Positions 52,353-64,000 of a stretch of 64,000 bases of DNA are shown piece by piece. Position 1 is the stretch's first letter; each line of letters starts with the position of its first letter. Both the position numbers and the translations under genes were made by a program. Below the pieces are notes generated by a model that saw only the letters and a program-made list of their open reading frames with translations, was not told the origin of the DNA and searched no databases. The stretch is taken from the NCBI RefSeq assembly GCF_963921235.1, contig NC_086097.1, forward strand, positions 219,482,001 through 219,546,000, written 5' to 3'. The DNA is from Mobula hypostoma (Eukaryota).

Positions 52353-54080
52353 CTTCCATCCCCCATCAGGAAGGTCTCAAAGCTCTACGCTTCTTTTTGG
52401 ATTCCAGACCTAATCAGTTCCCCTCTACCACACTCTGCTCCGTCTAGCGGAATTAGTCCTTACTCTTAATAATTTCTCCTTTGGCTCCTCCCATTTCCTC
52501 CAAACTAAAGGTGTAGCTATGGGCACCCGTATGGGTCCTAGCTATGCCTGCCTTTTTGTTGGCTTTGTGGAACAATCTATGTTCCGTGCCTATTCTGGTA
52601 TCTGTCCCCCACTTTTCCTTCGCTACATCGACGACTGCATTGGCGCTGCTTCCTGCACGCATGCAGAACTCGTTGACTTTATTAACTTTGCCTCCAACTT
52701 TCACCCTGCCCTCAAGTTTACCTGGTCCATTTCCGACACCTCCCTCCCCTTTCTAGATCTTTCTGTCTCTGTCTCTGGAGACAGCTTATCCACTGATGTC
52801 TACTATAAGCCTACTGACTCTCACAGCTATCTGGACTATTCCTCTTCTCACCCTGTCTCTTGCAAAAACGCCATCCCCTTCTCGCAATTCCTCTGTCTCT
52901 GCCACATCTGCTCTCAGGATAAGGCTTTTCATTCTAGGACGAGGGAGATGTCTTCATTTTTTAAAGAAAGGGGCTTCCCTTCCTCCACTATCAACTCTGC
53001 TCTTAAACGCATCTCCTCCATTTCACGTACATCTGCTCTCACTCCATCCTCCCACCACCCCACTAGGAATAGGGTTCCCCTGGTCCTCACCTACCACCCC
53101 ACCAGCCTCCGGGTCCAACATATTATTCTCCGTAACTTCCGCCACCTCCAACGGGATCCCACCACTAAGCACATCTTTCCCTCCCCCCCCCTCTGCATTC
53201 CGCAGGGATCGCTCCCTACACAACTCCCTTGTCCATTCGTCCCCCCCATCCCTCCCCACTGATCTCCCTCCTGGCACTTATCCGTGTAAGCGGAACAAGT
53301 GCTACACATGCCCTTACACTTCCTCCCTTACCACCATTCAGGGCCCCAAACAGTCCTTCCAGGTGAGGCATCACTTCACCTGTGAGTCGACTGGGGTGAT
53401 ATACTGCGTCCGGTGCTCCCGATGTGGCCTTTTATATATTGGTGAGACCCGACGCAGACTGGGAGACCGCTTTGCTGAACATCTACGCTCTGTCCGCCAG
53501 AGAAAGCAGGATCTCCCAGTGGCCACACATTTTAATTCCACATCCCATTCCCATTCTGACATGTCTATCCACGGCCTCCTCTACTGCAAAGATGAAGCCA
53601 CACTCAGGTTGGAGGAACAACACCTTATATTCCGTCTGGGTAGCCTCCAACCCGATGGCATGAACATCGACTTCTCTAACTTCCGCTAAGGCCCCACCTC
53701 CCCCTCGTACCCCATCTGTTACTCATTTTTATGCACACATTCTTTCTCACTCTCCTTTTTCTCCCTCTGTCCCTCTGAATATACCTCTTGCCCATCCTCT
53801 GGGTCACCCCCCCCCTTGTCTTTCTTCCCGGACCTCCTGTCCCATGATCCTCTCGTATCCCCTTTTGCCAATCACCTGTCCAGCTCTCGGCTCTATCCCT
53901 CCCCCTCCTGTCTTCTCCTATCATTTTGCATCTCCCCCTCCCCCTCCAGCTTTCAAATCCCTTACTCACTCTTCCTTCAGTTAGTCCTGACAAAGGGTCT
54001 CGGCCTGAAACGTCGACTGCACCTCTTCCTATAGATGCTGCTTGGCCTGCTGCGTTCACCAGCAACTTTGATGTATGTAG
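52353..54080 (+). mobile_element. Young Penelope-like element, 5'-truncated (RT + GIY-YIG + 3' repeat)
   Basis: GVAMGTRMGPSYA and RYIDD (RT), CKRNKCYTC linker, VIYCVRC...YIGET, and LEEQHLI...GMN. One frameshift at the C-run near 53185. The 12-bp TSD TCTGTGTAAAGA lies at 52341-52352 and 54081-54092. Confidence 0.97.
53983..54018 (+). ncRNA. Hammerhead ribozyme motif with core mutation (G8 to A)
   Basis: AGTC-CTGACAA-AGG-GTCTCGG-CCT-GAAA-C-GTC-GACT. Confidence 0.65.
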
Positions 54081-54104
54081 TCTGTGTAAAGATTACTTGT
54101 TTTG

Positions 54105-54442
54105 AACAAAGTGACTCACAGCACTAGGTTCAGGAACAGTTATTACCCCTCAGCGATCAGGCTCTTGAACCAAAAGGGATAAATTCACCCAACTTCACTT
54201 GCCCCATCATTAAAATGTTCCCACATCCCATAGACTCAGTTTCAAGGACTCTTCATCTCATGTTCTCAATACTTTTTGCTCATTTATTTATAATTATTAT
54301 TTCTTTCTTTTTGTATTTGTTGTTGTCTTTTGCACACTGGTTGAATGACCAATTTGGTGCAGTCTTTCACTGATTCTATTATGGTTATTATTCTATAACG
54401 GATTTATTGAGTAAATGAATCTCAGGGTTGTATATGGTGGCA
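54105..54442 (+). mobile_element. Rex1/L2-type LINE 3' end
   Basis: AGGTTCAGGAACAGTTATTACCCC encodes RFRNSYYP, followed by the shared 3' UTR. Confidence 0.65.
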
Positions 54443-55661
54443 TAAGATCATAAGATATAGGAGCAGAAGAGGACCATTCGGCCCATAGAGTCTGCTCCAC
54501 CACTCAATCATGGGCTGATCCAATTCTTCCAGTCATCCCCACCCCTGCTTTCACCCCATACCCTTTGATGCCCTGGCTAATCAAGAACCTATCTACCTCT
54601 GCCTTAAATACACCCAGTGACTTAGCCTCCACAGCCACTCGTGGCAACAAATCCCACAGATTTACCACCCTCTGACTAAAGTAATTTCTCTGCATCTCCG
54701 TTCTAAAAAGATGACCTTCAATCCTGAAGTCGTGCCCTCTTGTCCTAGAATCCCCTACCATGGAAAGTAACTTTGCCATATCTAATCTGTTCAGGCTTTT
54801 TAATATTCAGAATGTTTCAATGAGATCCCCCCTCATTCTCCTGAACTCCAGGGAGTACAGTCCAAGAGCTGCCAGACGTTCCTCATACGGTAATCCTTTC
54901 ATTCCTGGAAACATTCTTGTGAATCTTCTCTGAACCCTTTCCAATGTCAGTATATCCTTTCTAAAATAAGGAGCCCTACACTGCACACAATACTCCAAGT
55001 GTGGTCTCACAAGTGCCTTATACAGCCTCAACATCACATCCCTGCTCTTATATTCTCTACCTCAAAAAATGAATGCCAACATTACATTCGCCTTCCTCAC
55101 AACCAACTCAACCTGGAGGTTAACCTTTAGGGTATCTTGCACAAGGATTCCTAAGTCCCTTTGCATCTCTGCATTTTTAATTCTCTCCCCATCTAAATAA
55201 TAGTCTGCCCATTTATTTCTTCCACCAAAGTGCATGACCATACACCTTCCCCCATTATATTTCATTTGCCACTTCTTTGCCTGTTCCCCTAAACTATCTA
55301 AGTTTCTCTGCAGGCTCTCTGTTTCCTCAAACACTGCCTGCTCCTCCACCTATCTTTGTATCATGGGCAAATATAGCCACAAATCCATTAATACCGTAGT
55401 CCAAATCATTGACATAAATCGTAAAAAGCAGCGGTCCCAACACCGACCCCTGTAGAACTCCCTAGTAACCGGCAGCCAGCCAGAATCGGATCCCTTTATT
55501 CCCACTCTCTGTTTTCTGCTGACCAGCCAATGCTTCACTCATGCTAGTAACTTCCCTATAATTCCATGGGCTCTTATCTTGCTAAGCAGCCTCATCTGCG
55601 GCACCTTGTCAAAGGCCTTCTGAAAATCCAAGTACACCACGTCTACTTCATCTCCATTGTC
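54443..55661 (-). mobile_element. CR1 LINE RT to 3' end
   Basis: LYKALVRPHLEYCVQ, KWQMKYN and TRGHDFRIEGH, with a (TCTTATGA)n-type tail. Confidence 0.93.
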
Positions 55662-55673
55662 TACTGTATATGT

Positions 55674-56240
55674 TGTTGTTCGTCCATCGTTGACGTCGAT
55701 GAGGACCTCGACACCATTATGATGGTGTCGAGACTAGCGCGTGATTTGGATTTAAGTGAGGGAGAGTTGCGCAGCGTCAGCCTCACTCTCTCTTCCCAAT
55801 TCCCATCTGGATCCAGTGGCAAGACAGAGTCTAGATGGCTGGAGATGGGACTTGGTGCAGTGGATGACCAGGACGTCTTCTGTGTCTTGTCCTGCTCTAC
55901 ATGTTCCACGACGCTTGCAGAGACCGCCTTCTTGACCGTTGGACATTCCATTGGTCTCGTCCGCTCAATCCGTCGGAGTCTGTCTTCACATGCTGGGATA
56001 GACAACTTCCTATCTCACCGAGGGTTTGAGACCCGTCGGCTACCCTCACCTGGTTTAGCCGGCTTGTTGAAGCCGTTGCCCAGGGTGTGGCCACTGTCAC
56101 ATGCAAACAGCTACGGGGAGCCACAGGTGAGAGCTGAGTGCCAGGTGGGGACCAAAGGTGGACTAACTGCCTTGAAAAGGATGCGACATGTTCCCCCACC
56201 AGAGGTGCTACCCCTCCCTAACACCCCATACACCCCAAAG
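55674..56240 (-). mobile_element. Young non-autonomous RTE-derived retroposon
   Basis: 12-bp TSD TACTGTATATGT (55662-55673 and 56241-56252), (AAC)n tail, perfect 11-bp stem-loop at 55707-55732, and high CpG retention. Confidence 0.75.
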
Positions 56241-57679
56241 TACTGTATATGTACTTTCATAATAAATTTACTTTGAGCTTTGAACTTTGAAGTGAAAATG
56301 TAGAGGACAGAAAATTATGGAATAATACTCATACTCAAAGTTATGGAAAGGACTGACATGTTGGTACAGATAAAGACAGGAAATGATTGTGGGTGTGTAT
56401 GTGTAAGAAAGAGTAGTCAATAAAGACAAGAGTCTTTGGTGCAGAAATCCAAACTGCACCGCACATGTAATATATTCCCTTCTACTTGAAACACACAGCT
56501 TCCACATTCTTTTCCCACTGACGTCTACATAATAAAATGGTTATGTGGTGATCATGTTTCAAACTTTCTTTTTCTTCAAAGTCTGTTTAATATGTTCATA
56601 AAGCAAAACAAAACCTGTACATTCTGGACATTTATAATCGAGAACAGAAAGTGCTGGAAATGCTCAGAAATTTGGATACCATCTGTGGATGGAGAACTGA
56701 GATAATACTTCAGCAAATGTAGAAGACGTTATTGCGTTGAAAAGTCGAGAAAGGGGGTGGAGAGAACATTTGATGGAGCTGAGACCAAGAGAGGCCAATG
56801 AGACAAGTGAGGGTGGTGCTGGCTGGGCGAGGGTGAAGAAAACTGGTTAATCACAGAGAGAAAAATACAGTGGACAAACAACCATTCCTGCAACTGTGCG
56901 ATGCAGTGCAGTGCATTTGCTGGAAATCTTAAATAGGAAAAAACTACTCAGTTAGTTTGCAGCATCAGTGAGAGAAAAAAAAAACAAAGTTAATGTTGCG
57001 TCTTCATTAATTTGTAGTGAAACTGTGGGAAAGTATCAATACATGTTGGTATTTTACAGCTGCCACAAACTCTTTTAAAATGCGTAAGTAAAGAAATTAG
57101 ATTAAGTGACAGAAGTATACTTTACACATGTTTACTGGGCTTCAGTTTGCAATCGCAATTTGACAGTATTAAAATTGCTTGTGTGCACATATATATGAGT
57201 TGTACCAGTGTTCTTCTCATGGTCCATCTAGATGTCTACCTTATAGTCTTGAGTAATCTTAAATGACTCCACAAACCTGAGGTAAACCTATGATCAAATT
57301 AAATGCTATATACAAATTTTCATAATTTATTCTCAATAACATTCAGTAAACCTATTTTGTAGTGAAACAATATCAACGTGGCACATTTATCACGAGTGTT
57401 CCCATGGGCTTGGGTAGTAATGGGAATAAAATCCCAAGAAAAATGCAGCTCCTTCCTCTGACTTCCATATTTCAGGCCAATCTGTTACACTGAGTGTGCA
57501 CAAAGCCTTGGGTGCGCATGTTGTGAGTTTAATTAGTGATATTATTAACAGTTTAATCTTGGCTGCATGTTTTCTCTAAGCAAGACCCAGTAACATTTAA
57601 CATGCTGATGTTGTGACAGGAAAGTATGCCAGTAGGTAATCAGAGCTCAGAGCTGCTTTCTTGCTGGCTTACGTGCATG

Positions 57680-58060
57680 GATTTATCCCTGGTAAGGAGT
57701 CACTGTGTGTAACAGCAGCTGATGTGAGAAGGGCTCTGCACAGTGTCAATCTCCCTAAGGCAACGAGGCCAGACAACGTCGCAGGCTGAGTATTCAGGGG
57801 GTGTGCACACCAGCTCACTGACATCTTCATGGACATCTTCAACACTTCACTCATCTAGGCTGCTGTTCCCCACATGCTTCAAATCAGCCACCATCATCCC
57901 TGTACCAAAGGACTATCCACCTTCAGAACTAAACAGCTGCTGCCCGGTGGCACGGAGGCCAATCAGCATGAACTGCTTTGAGTAGCTGGTACATATCAAA
58001 AACTCCATTCTTGCCGCACTGAACACCCACCAATGTGCTTACCAACAGAACTACTCTATG
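57680..58060 (+). mobile_element. Rex1/Babar-like RT fragment
   Basis: PTCFKSATIIPVPK...PVARRPISMNCFE. Confidence 0.8.
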
Positions 58061-58129
58061 ACAGTTCTTTGGGTTCCTGCTTCAAATTCCTTCAAGTCAA
58101 ATATTTAGAATGCCCCTTTGGAAAGTGAA

Positions 58130-58815
58130 GTGATTGTCGTTAATTAAACTGAAAAACAATCAAATATGATTATGCATTGCCAGAAGACTAAGCCTGCACC
58201 GCTCGCTGTTACTACTGATGGTGAGGACATGGATGTGGTGAGAACCTACAAGTGCCTGGGGTACACGTGGATGACAGACTTGAGTGAAGCACCAACACAG
58301 AGGCTGTGTACAAGAAGGGCCAGAGTTACGTTTACTTCCTGAGGAGACTGAGGTCCTTTGGAGTACGTAGGCCTCTTCTTCACAAGTTTTCCCAGTCTGT
58401 TGTCACCAGTACAATCTTCTATGTGGTGGTGTGCTGGCACAAAGTGCATCAATATGGGTGGTGCCAACAGGCTCAATAAACTGATTAGGAAGTCTGGCTC
58501 TGTATTAGAAGCCAAACTGGACACACTAGAGGCTGTAGTAGAACAAAGGACCCTACAGAAAATATTGGCAATTCCAGACAATGTTTCTCACCCTCTGCGT
58601 GCCACCTTGGTTGAACAGAGGAGCACTTTTAGTAATAGACTAAGACAACCTATATCCAGGGAAGAGATCATCCCCTCCTGGTGGACTGTTTGAGGCAACT
58701 TATTTTTTATTCTTTCTTACTTCTCTTCTGATAGTTGTATATTTGTATATCTGTGCATTTGTAATGCTACTGTGACACAAATTTACTTTGGGATAAATAA
58801 AGTACCTATCTATAT
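58130..58815 (+). mobile_element. Rex1/Babar-like LINE 3' part
   Basis: ANRLNKLIRKSGSVL...EQRTLQKILAIPDNVSHPL, with AATAAA and a TATC-like tail. Confidence 0.8.
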
Positions 58816-59059
58816 ATCTAAAGGTCACCAACAAAGCTGTCCATACTTTTCACCCTGCCTACTGCCAACACCACGCCTTTGAATCCTCAGTTACAGTGGT
58901 CTCAATACAACTATTGCCATCTCTCAGTATTTCCATTGATCTCCCGCTGTAACAAGTAGGACAATCCACAGAAGTCAGGACTGAACTGCACCAATTTTAT
59001 GTCTTTCCTAGGAGTTTCTAGGAGTATTTAAGGTCATTTTCAACCTCTCACTGCTACAG

Positions 59060-60390
59060 TCAGAAGTTCCCACCTGCTTCAAAAAGGCAACAACTATAGT
59101 GGTGCCTAAGAAGAACAGTGTGAGCTGCCTTAATGACTATCACCCAGTAGTACTCACATCTACAGTGATGAAGTGCTTTGATAGGTTGGTCATGGCTAGA
59201 ATGAACTCCCGAACTGCAAGGTTCTGGACCCACTGCAATTTGCCTATCACCTCAATAGGTCTATGCTGAACATAATCTCAATGGCTCTTCACATGGCCTT
59301 AGATCACGTGGACAATACAAACACCTACATCAGGATTGCTGTTTGTTTCCTATAGCTCAGCATTTAACACCATCGTTCCCATAATCCTGATTGATAAGCT
59401 TCAGAAAATGGGCCTCTGTACCTCCCTCTGCAACTGGATCCTCAGCTTTCTAACTGGAAGTCCACAATCTGTGTGGATTGGTGATAGTATCTCCTCCTCA
59501 TTGACGATCAACACCGGCACACCTCAGGGGTGTGTGCTTAGCCCACTGCTCTACTCCCTCCATACCTATGACTGTGTGGCTAGGTATAGTTCAAATACCA
59601 TCTATAAATTTGCTGATGATACAACCATTGTTGGTAGAATTTCAGATGGAGATGAGAGCGCGTACAGGAGCGAGATATACCAGCTAGTTGAGGGGTGTCA
59701 CAGCAACAACCTTGCACTCAATGTCAGTAAGATGAAAGAGCCAATTGTGGACTTCAGGAAGAGTAAGATAAGGGAACACAGACCAATGCTCATAGAGGGA
59801 TCAGAAGTGGAGAGAGTGAGCAATTTCAAGTTCCTGAGTGTCAAGATCTCTGAGGATCTAAACAGGTCTCAACATATCGCTGCAGCTATAAAGAAGGCAA
59901 GACAGAGCCTTCATTAGGAGTTTGAAGAGATTTAGTTTGTCAACTAAAACACTCAAAAACTTCTATAGATGAACAAATGTATCGTGGAAAGCATTATGAC
60001 AGGCTGCATCACTCTCTGGTACAGGGGCAGGAGGTTACTGCACAAAACCAAATAAGCTACAAAAAGTCATAAAATTAGTCAGCTCCATCTTGATTACTAG
60101 CCTTCAAAGTACTCAAGACATCTTCAAAGAGCAGTGCCTCAGAAAGGTGACGTCCATTATTAAGGACCTCCATCACCCTCTTCTCACTGTTATCGTCAGG
60201 AAGGATTTACAGCACACACTCAGCAATTCAGGAACAGCTTCTTCCCCTGTGCAATACAATTCCTAAATGGACATTGAACCCTTGAACACTACCTCTATAT
60301 ATCATGTATTGCATTTAACTGCTGCTGCTAAGTTAACAATTTTCACGACACACACCTGTGATAATAAACCTGATTCTAATTCTGATTCTG
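59060..60390 (+). mobile_element. Rex1/Babar-like LINE RT to 3' end
   Basis: ORF 59336-59917 reads [32 protein letters not shown] and LNVSK, with a (GATTCT)n tail. Confidence 0.9.
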
Positions 60391-60979
60391 CCTTGTGTGA
60401 GGAGCATAGATACTGTTGGGTGAAATGACTTGAACAGTGCTGTAAATTCCACATCGTTCTTGGATTAGAAACAGCACAAGCATTCAAGAGGGATCTAGTT
60501 TCCTTAGAAGCGATAATTTTGTGATGAGGTGTTACAATGATGAGTTGCTTACTTGATTGTTGATTGCAAAAGTCAGCTTGTATTTACAAAGATCAAAAGA
60601 TAGCAACCTTGGACTCATAGTTGTTTTAAGACTTACAACAGTAAGATTAGATTGAATGATCACATGGTGAAGCATCAAGTATTTCAGCCTCTTAAATACG
60701 AAGTTCATATTTTTTGTCCCTTTACTTAAATGCTCTGTTCTTTACTAGAATAAGACGAGGAGCGACAATTGTGATCAGTTTAAAGCTGAGGAAAGTTAGA
60801 TGAAGCATTCAAATTTCACATCTTTTCTCCACCAAAATTTATATTGCTTGAGGTACTTCATGAATAATGAACTCCTCAAATTAGAATAGTTATTGTGAAA
60901 ATATAAAATTGTAAAATTAAGGAACTAACTTGAACATTCATGTAAAACATTTAAAACAACATTAACCTGGAGCTTCTGT

Positions 60980-61207
60980 CACAAACAAGAGAAATTCTGC
61001 AGATGCTGAAAATCCAAACAACACACACAAAATGCTGGAGGAACTCAGCAGCTCAAGCAGCATATATGGAAAAGAGTATAGTCGATGTTTCGGGCCAGAC
61101 CCTTTGGCAGAACCTGCTGAAGTGTCTCGGCCTGAAACGTTGACAGTACTCTTTTCTATAGATGCTGCCTGGCCTGCTGAGTTCCTCCCGCATTTTGTGT
61201 GGGTTGT
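60980..61207. mobile_element. Fold-back Penelope-derived mini-element
   Basis: Two inverted PLE tail arms meet at back-to-back degenerate hammerhead motifs. The perfect 13-bp TSD CTGGAGCTTCTGT lies at 60967-60979 and 61208-61220. Confidence 0.85.
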
Positions 61208-61768
61208 CTGGAGCTTCTGTACATGGGTTTAATAATTTTTCCTTCTATTTTCTTTCATTATGACATTATTGTTCTGAAATGGTGATAATTCACCTTCATC
61301 CCTCTTTAGTGAAAGTAGCCAACAAATGTGAGTGGTCTATTTGGTCATAGGTTAATAATATCGAAGAATAGTCTTGGTTGTTGTGCTTGGAACTTCATGA
61401 AGTAATTGAGTTCTTTCAAAGAAATACACTGTTTGAGGAGTGGAATTCTTACTGACCAAATAAACACTTGAAATCATGATGCACAAAGAGCAAGCAGTCC
61501 TTTCGTGGTTGGAGAAGCAGTGATAAAGGTTAATGCTTTCTGAAGTTAATGAATGTACATTGAACAGAGATCCAATTATGGAACAGCCTGAGAAAATGAG
61601 GAATGTGAATTTTCCTTTTATTTTTAGATGTGATACAAATTTGAGCTATGATCCTGAAAGATTCAATACATGTGACTCTGTCTTCATAGTAATCTGCTCA
61701 ATCCGTCCCACACACACAAAATGCTGGTGGAACGCAGCAGGCCAGGCAGCGTCAATAGGAATGGGTAC

Positions 61769-61804
61769 AGTCGACGTTTCAAGCCGAGACCCTTCATCAG
61801 GACT
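61769..61804 (-). ncRNA. Minimal hammerhead ribozyme motif, core intact
   Basis: Minus strand reads AGTC-CTGATGA-AGG-GTCTCGG-CTT-GAAA-C-GTC-GACT. Confidence 0.78.
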
Positions 61805-62742
61805 AACTGCAAGAAGAGATTTGATAGTGGGAGGGGGAGGGGGGAGATCTGAAATGATAGGAGAAGACAGGAGGGGGAGGGATGGAGCCAAGAACTGGGA
61901 AGTTGATTGGCAAAAGGGATACAGAGCTGGAGAAGTGGGAGTATCATGGGATGGGAGGCCTGGGGAGAAAGAAAGGGGGAGGGGCACACCAGAGGAAGAT
62001 GTAGAGCAGGCAAGGAGTGATTGTGAGAGGGACAGAGAGAGAAAAGAGAGGGGAAAAAAGGGAAAAAATAGTAAACAAATAAATAAATAACAGATGGGGT
62101 AAGAAGAGGAGGGGGACATTAACAGAAGTTAGAGAAATCAATGTTTATGCCATCAGGTCGGAGGCTGCTCAGATGGAATACAAGGTGTATAATATAAGGT
62201 GTATCTCATACTGCGTCCGGTGCTCCTGGTGCGGCCTTCTGTATACTTGTGAGACCCGACACAGACTGGGAGACCGTTTTGCTGAACACCTACACGCTGT
62301 CCGCCAGAGAAAGCAGGATCTCCCAGTGTCCACACATTTTAATTCCACATCCCATTCCCATTCTGACATGTCTATCCACGGCCTCCTCTACTGTAAAGAT
62401 GAAGCCACACTCAGGTTGGAGGAACAACACCTTATATTCCATTTGGGTAGCCTCCAACCTGATGGCATGAACATTGATTTCTCTAACTTCTGTTAATGCC
62501 CCTCCTCCCCTTCTTACCCCATCCCTTATTTATTTATTATTTTTTCCTTTTTCTCTCTCTCTCTCTTTCTCTCTCTGCCCCTCTCACAATAATTCCTTGC
62601 CTGCTCTCCATCTTCCTCTGGTGTGCCCCTCCCCCTTTCTTCCTCCCCAGGCCTCCCGTCCCATGATCCTCTCCCTTCTCTAGCTCTGTATCCCTTCCTC
62701 TCCCTCCCACTTGCAAATCTCTTACTATCTCTTCTTTCATTT

Positions 62743-62778
62743 AGTCCTGACGAAGGGTCTCGGCCCGAAACGCTGACT
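62743..62778 (+). ncRNA. Hammerhead ribozyme motif with altered cleavage triplet (GTC to GCT)
   Basis: AGTC-CTGACGA-AGGGTCTCGGCCC-GAAA-C-GCT-GACT. Confidence 0.65.
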
Positions 62779-63059
62779 GTACCTCTTCCTAGAGATGCTG
62801 CCTGGCCTGCTGCATTCACCAGCATTTTGTGTGTGTGTTGCTTGAATTTCCAGCATCTGCAGATTTCCTCGTGTTTGCAGTCCATCCCAGCTGGTTTGAA
62901 AGTCAGTGTTTAGCAGCATGTTTTCACAGATGCTCTGCTGTGCTGAGGTGAGAGCAATGGTCTTTCTGATACATACGTCTGCCAAGATTGATCTGCCAGC
63001 TCATCACACAGCAAGATTGGACTTAGAGACACAGAACTTTCAAAAGTGTCCATAGTAAG

Positions 63060-63288
63060 TGAAACGCACCTTCAATCGCTCCAAAAGACTGAAGTTGGGT
63101 AAAGTACTGAAAGGCTTTTATTCGCTGTACAATACGACCTCCATGGTGAGTGTCTGCCCCTGGACTGAGGGGGAGGGGCAAGGTGAAACAGCTTTATACA
63201 GGAACTGTGGGAGGAGCCACAGGGGCAGTCAGCAGAGGGGAGTGTCCAGGCAGTTAACCCAGTTACAACATAAATATGGTTTACCACA
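63060..63288 (-). mobile_element. Solo LTR (229 bp)
   Basis: TG...CA ends. The minus strand has TATAAA followed by AATAAA. The 5-bp flanks GTAAG/ATAAG differ by one base. Confidence 0.65.
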
Positions 63289-63419
63289 ATAAGACAATTC
63301 TGTTGAATAATATGCAGATGTGGTTTTCCAGTGAGCAGAATCTGCTCTGTTACAGTTAAAGTATATTTCTGCAGAAACTGTAAGCAGGTTCACTAAAGCT
63401 CCAGCTGGCTTTCTCCAAA

Positions 63420-63860
63420 TAAGTAATCATCCCTGCTGCCGCATTTTCCTCTGATGCCATCCTTCCTGCTCAGTAGACTAAAGGGCCCTGACCCCCAACA
63501 TCCTCTTCTGCTCTGCCCAAGCACCTATGATCACTCCACAGGCTTAGCAATCCCTTCTGATTTGCTCTCTCAAATACTTGTTCACACACGCGAGAGGATC
63601 TTACCATCCCAAGTGATATTACTGTAGATGATCCTGGCTTTACCTCAGACTTTGAACCCTGCCTGTAACATTTTTGTCTCCTCCTGAAATCAATTCACTT
63701 TTCCAAGACCACTCCCACCATAATGGTTATGTTCAATGTGAGATGCTTACTGCCAAACCACACTTTGGTGTCTGTCCCTACACCTCTTGCACTTTCTTCT
63801 CCTTCGTTCAACGCCTCTTGTTCCTGCTCCCACATGTTCTTCAAGATCTTCTGCCATCCA
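63420..63860 (+). mobile_element. Old Penelope RT N-terminal fragment
   Basis: Decayed match to the 30165-30700 copy (ADKG-like region; LPSTKKSQTRIP resembling LPKIHKP). Confidence 0.4.
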
Positions 63861-64000
63861 CCAAGAAAAGTCAAACTAGGATCCCGCTGTTGGGACTGAT
63901 TTACGCTGGGCTCATAAACTGGAATGTGAATCCATGCCAGAGGAAACGCAAGATTTGCTTGTGGTACTTAGAGAAAATCACAAGATCACAAGACAAAGGA

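Larger units (their letters stand above)
61711..62880. mobile_element. Penelope-like element with inverted 5' repeat (minus arm ~61711-62185, plus arm ~62200-62880)
   Basis: GIY-YIG C-terminus (ORF 62173-62496) plus a 3' repeat on each strand. Probable TSD TCC(G/A)TCCCA at 61702-61710 and 62881-62889. Confidence 0.9.

Noticed and set aside
55566..56276. 236-aa ORF as a novel gene
   Set aside because: It runs across antisense CR1, the TSD and the antisense GC-rich RTE-derived insert, so it is a chance open frame.
1..64000. Prokaryotic systems (CRISPR, retrons, DGRs, defence operons)
   Set aside because: No regularly spaced repeat-spacer array or operon structure. All RTs are eukaryotic Gypsy, CR1, Rex1-like or Penelope types.

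Overview
Repeat-dominated vertebrate non-coding DNA (intron or intergenic). The repeat repertoire suggests a cartilaginous fish, probably a ray; this is inference only. No host protein-coding gene, rRNA, true tRNA or CRISPR array can be supported. Nearly every ORF in the track is a transposon fragment or its antisense shadow. The window holds two decayed Ty3/Gypsy elements and two candidate solo LTRs, many CR1 LINEs (one retaining an esterase-type ORF1), Rex1/Babar-like LINE fragments, tRNA-derived SINEs, a Tigger-like DNA transposon, a young RTE-derived non-autonomous element, and at least seven Penelope-like (PLE; RT + GIY-YIG) copies. The most interesting signals are: (1) minimal hammerhead ribozyme motifs in the PLE 3' repeats; (2) ~190-230 bp fold-back mini-elements made only of two inverted ribozyme-plus-tail arms, with their own 13-bp target-site duplications (TSDs); (3) a shared CTG start in most PLE TSDs; (4) the young RTE-derived element, which resembles marsupial MAR1/RTE repeats; (5) an internal inversion in the Gypsy pol gene. 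A few exon-like segments are listed as weak candidates. Element boundaries are approximate unless a TSD is quoted.
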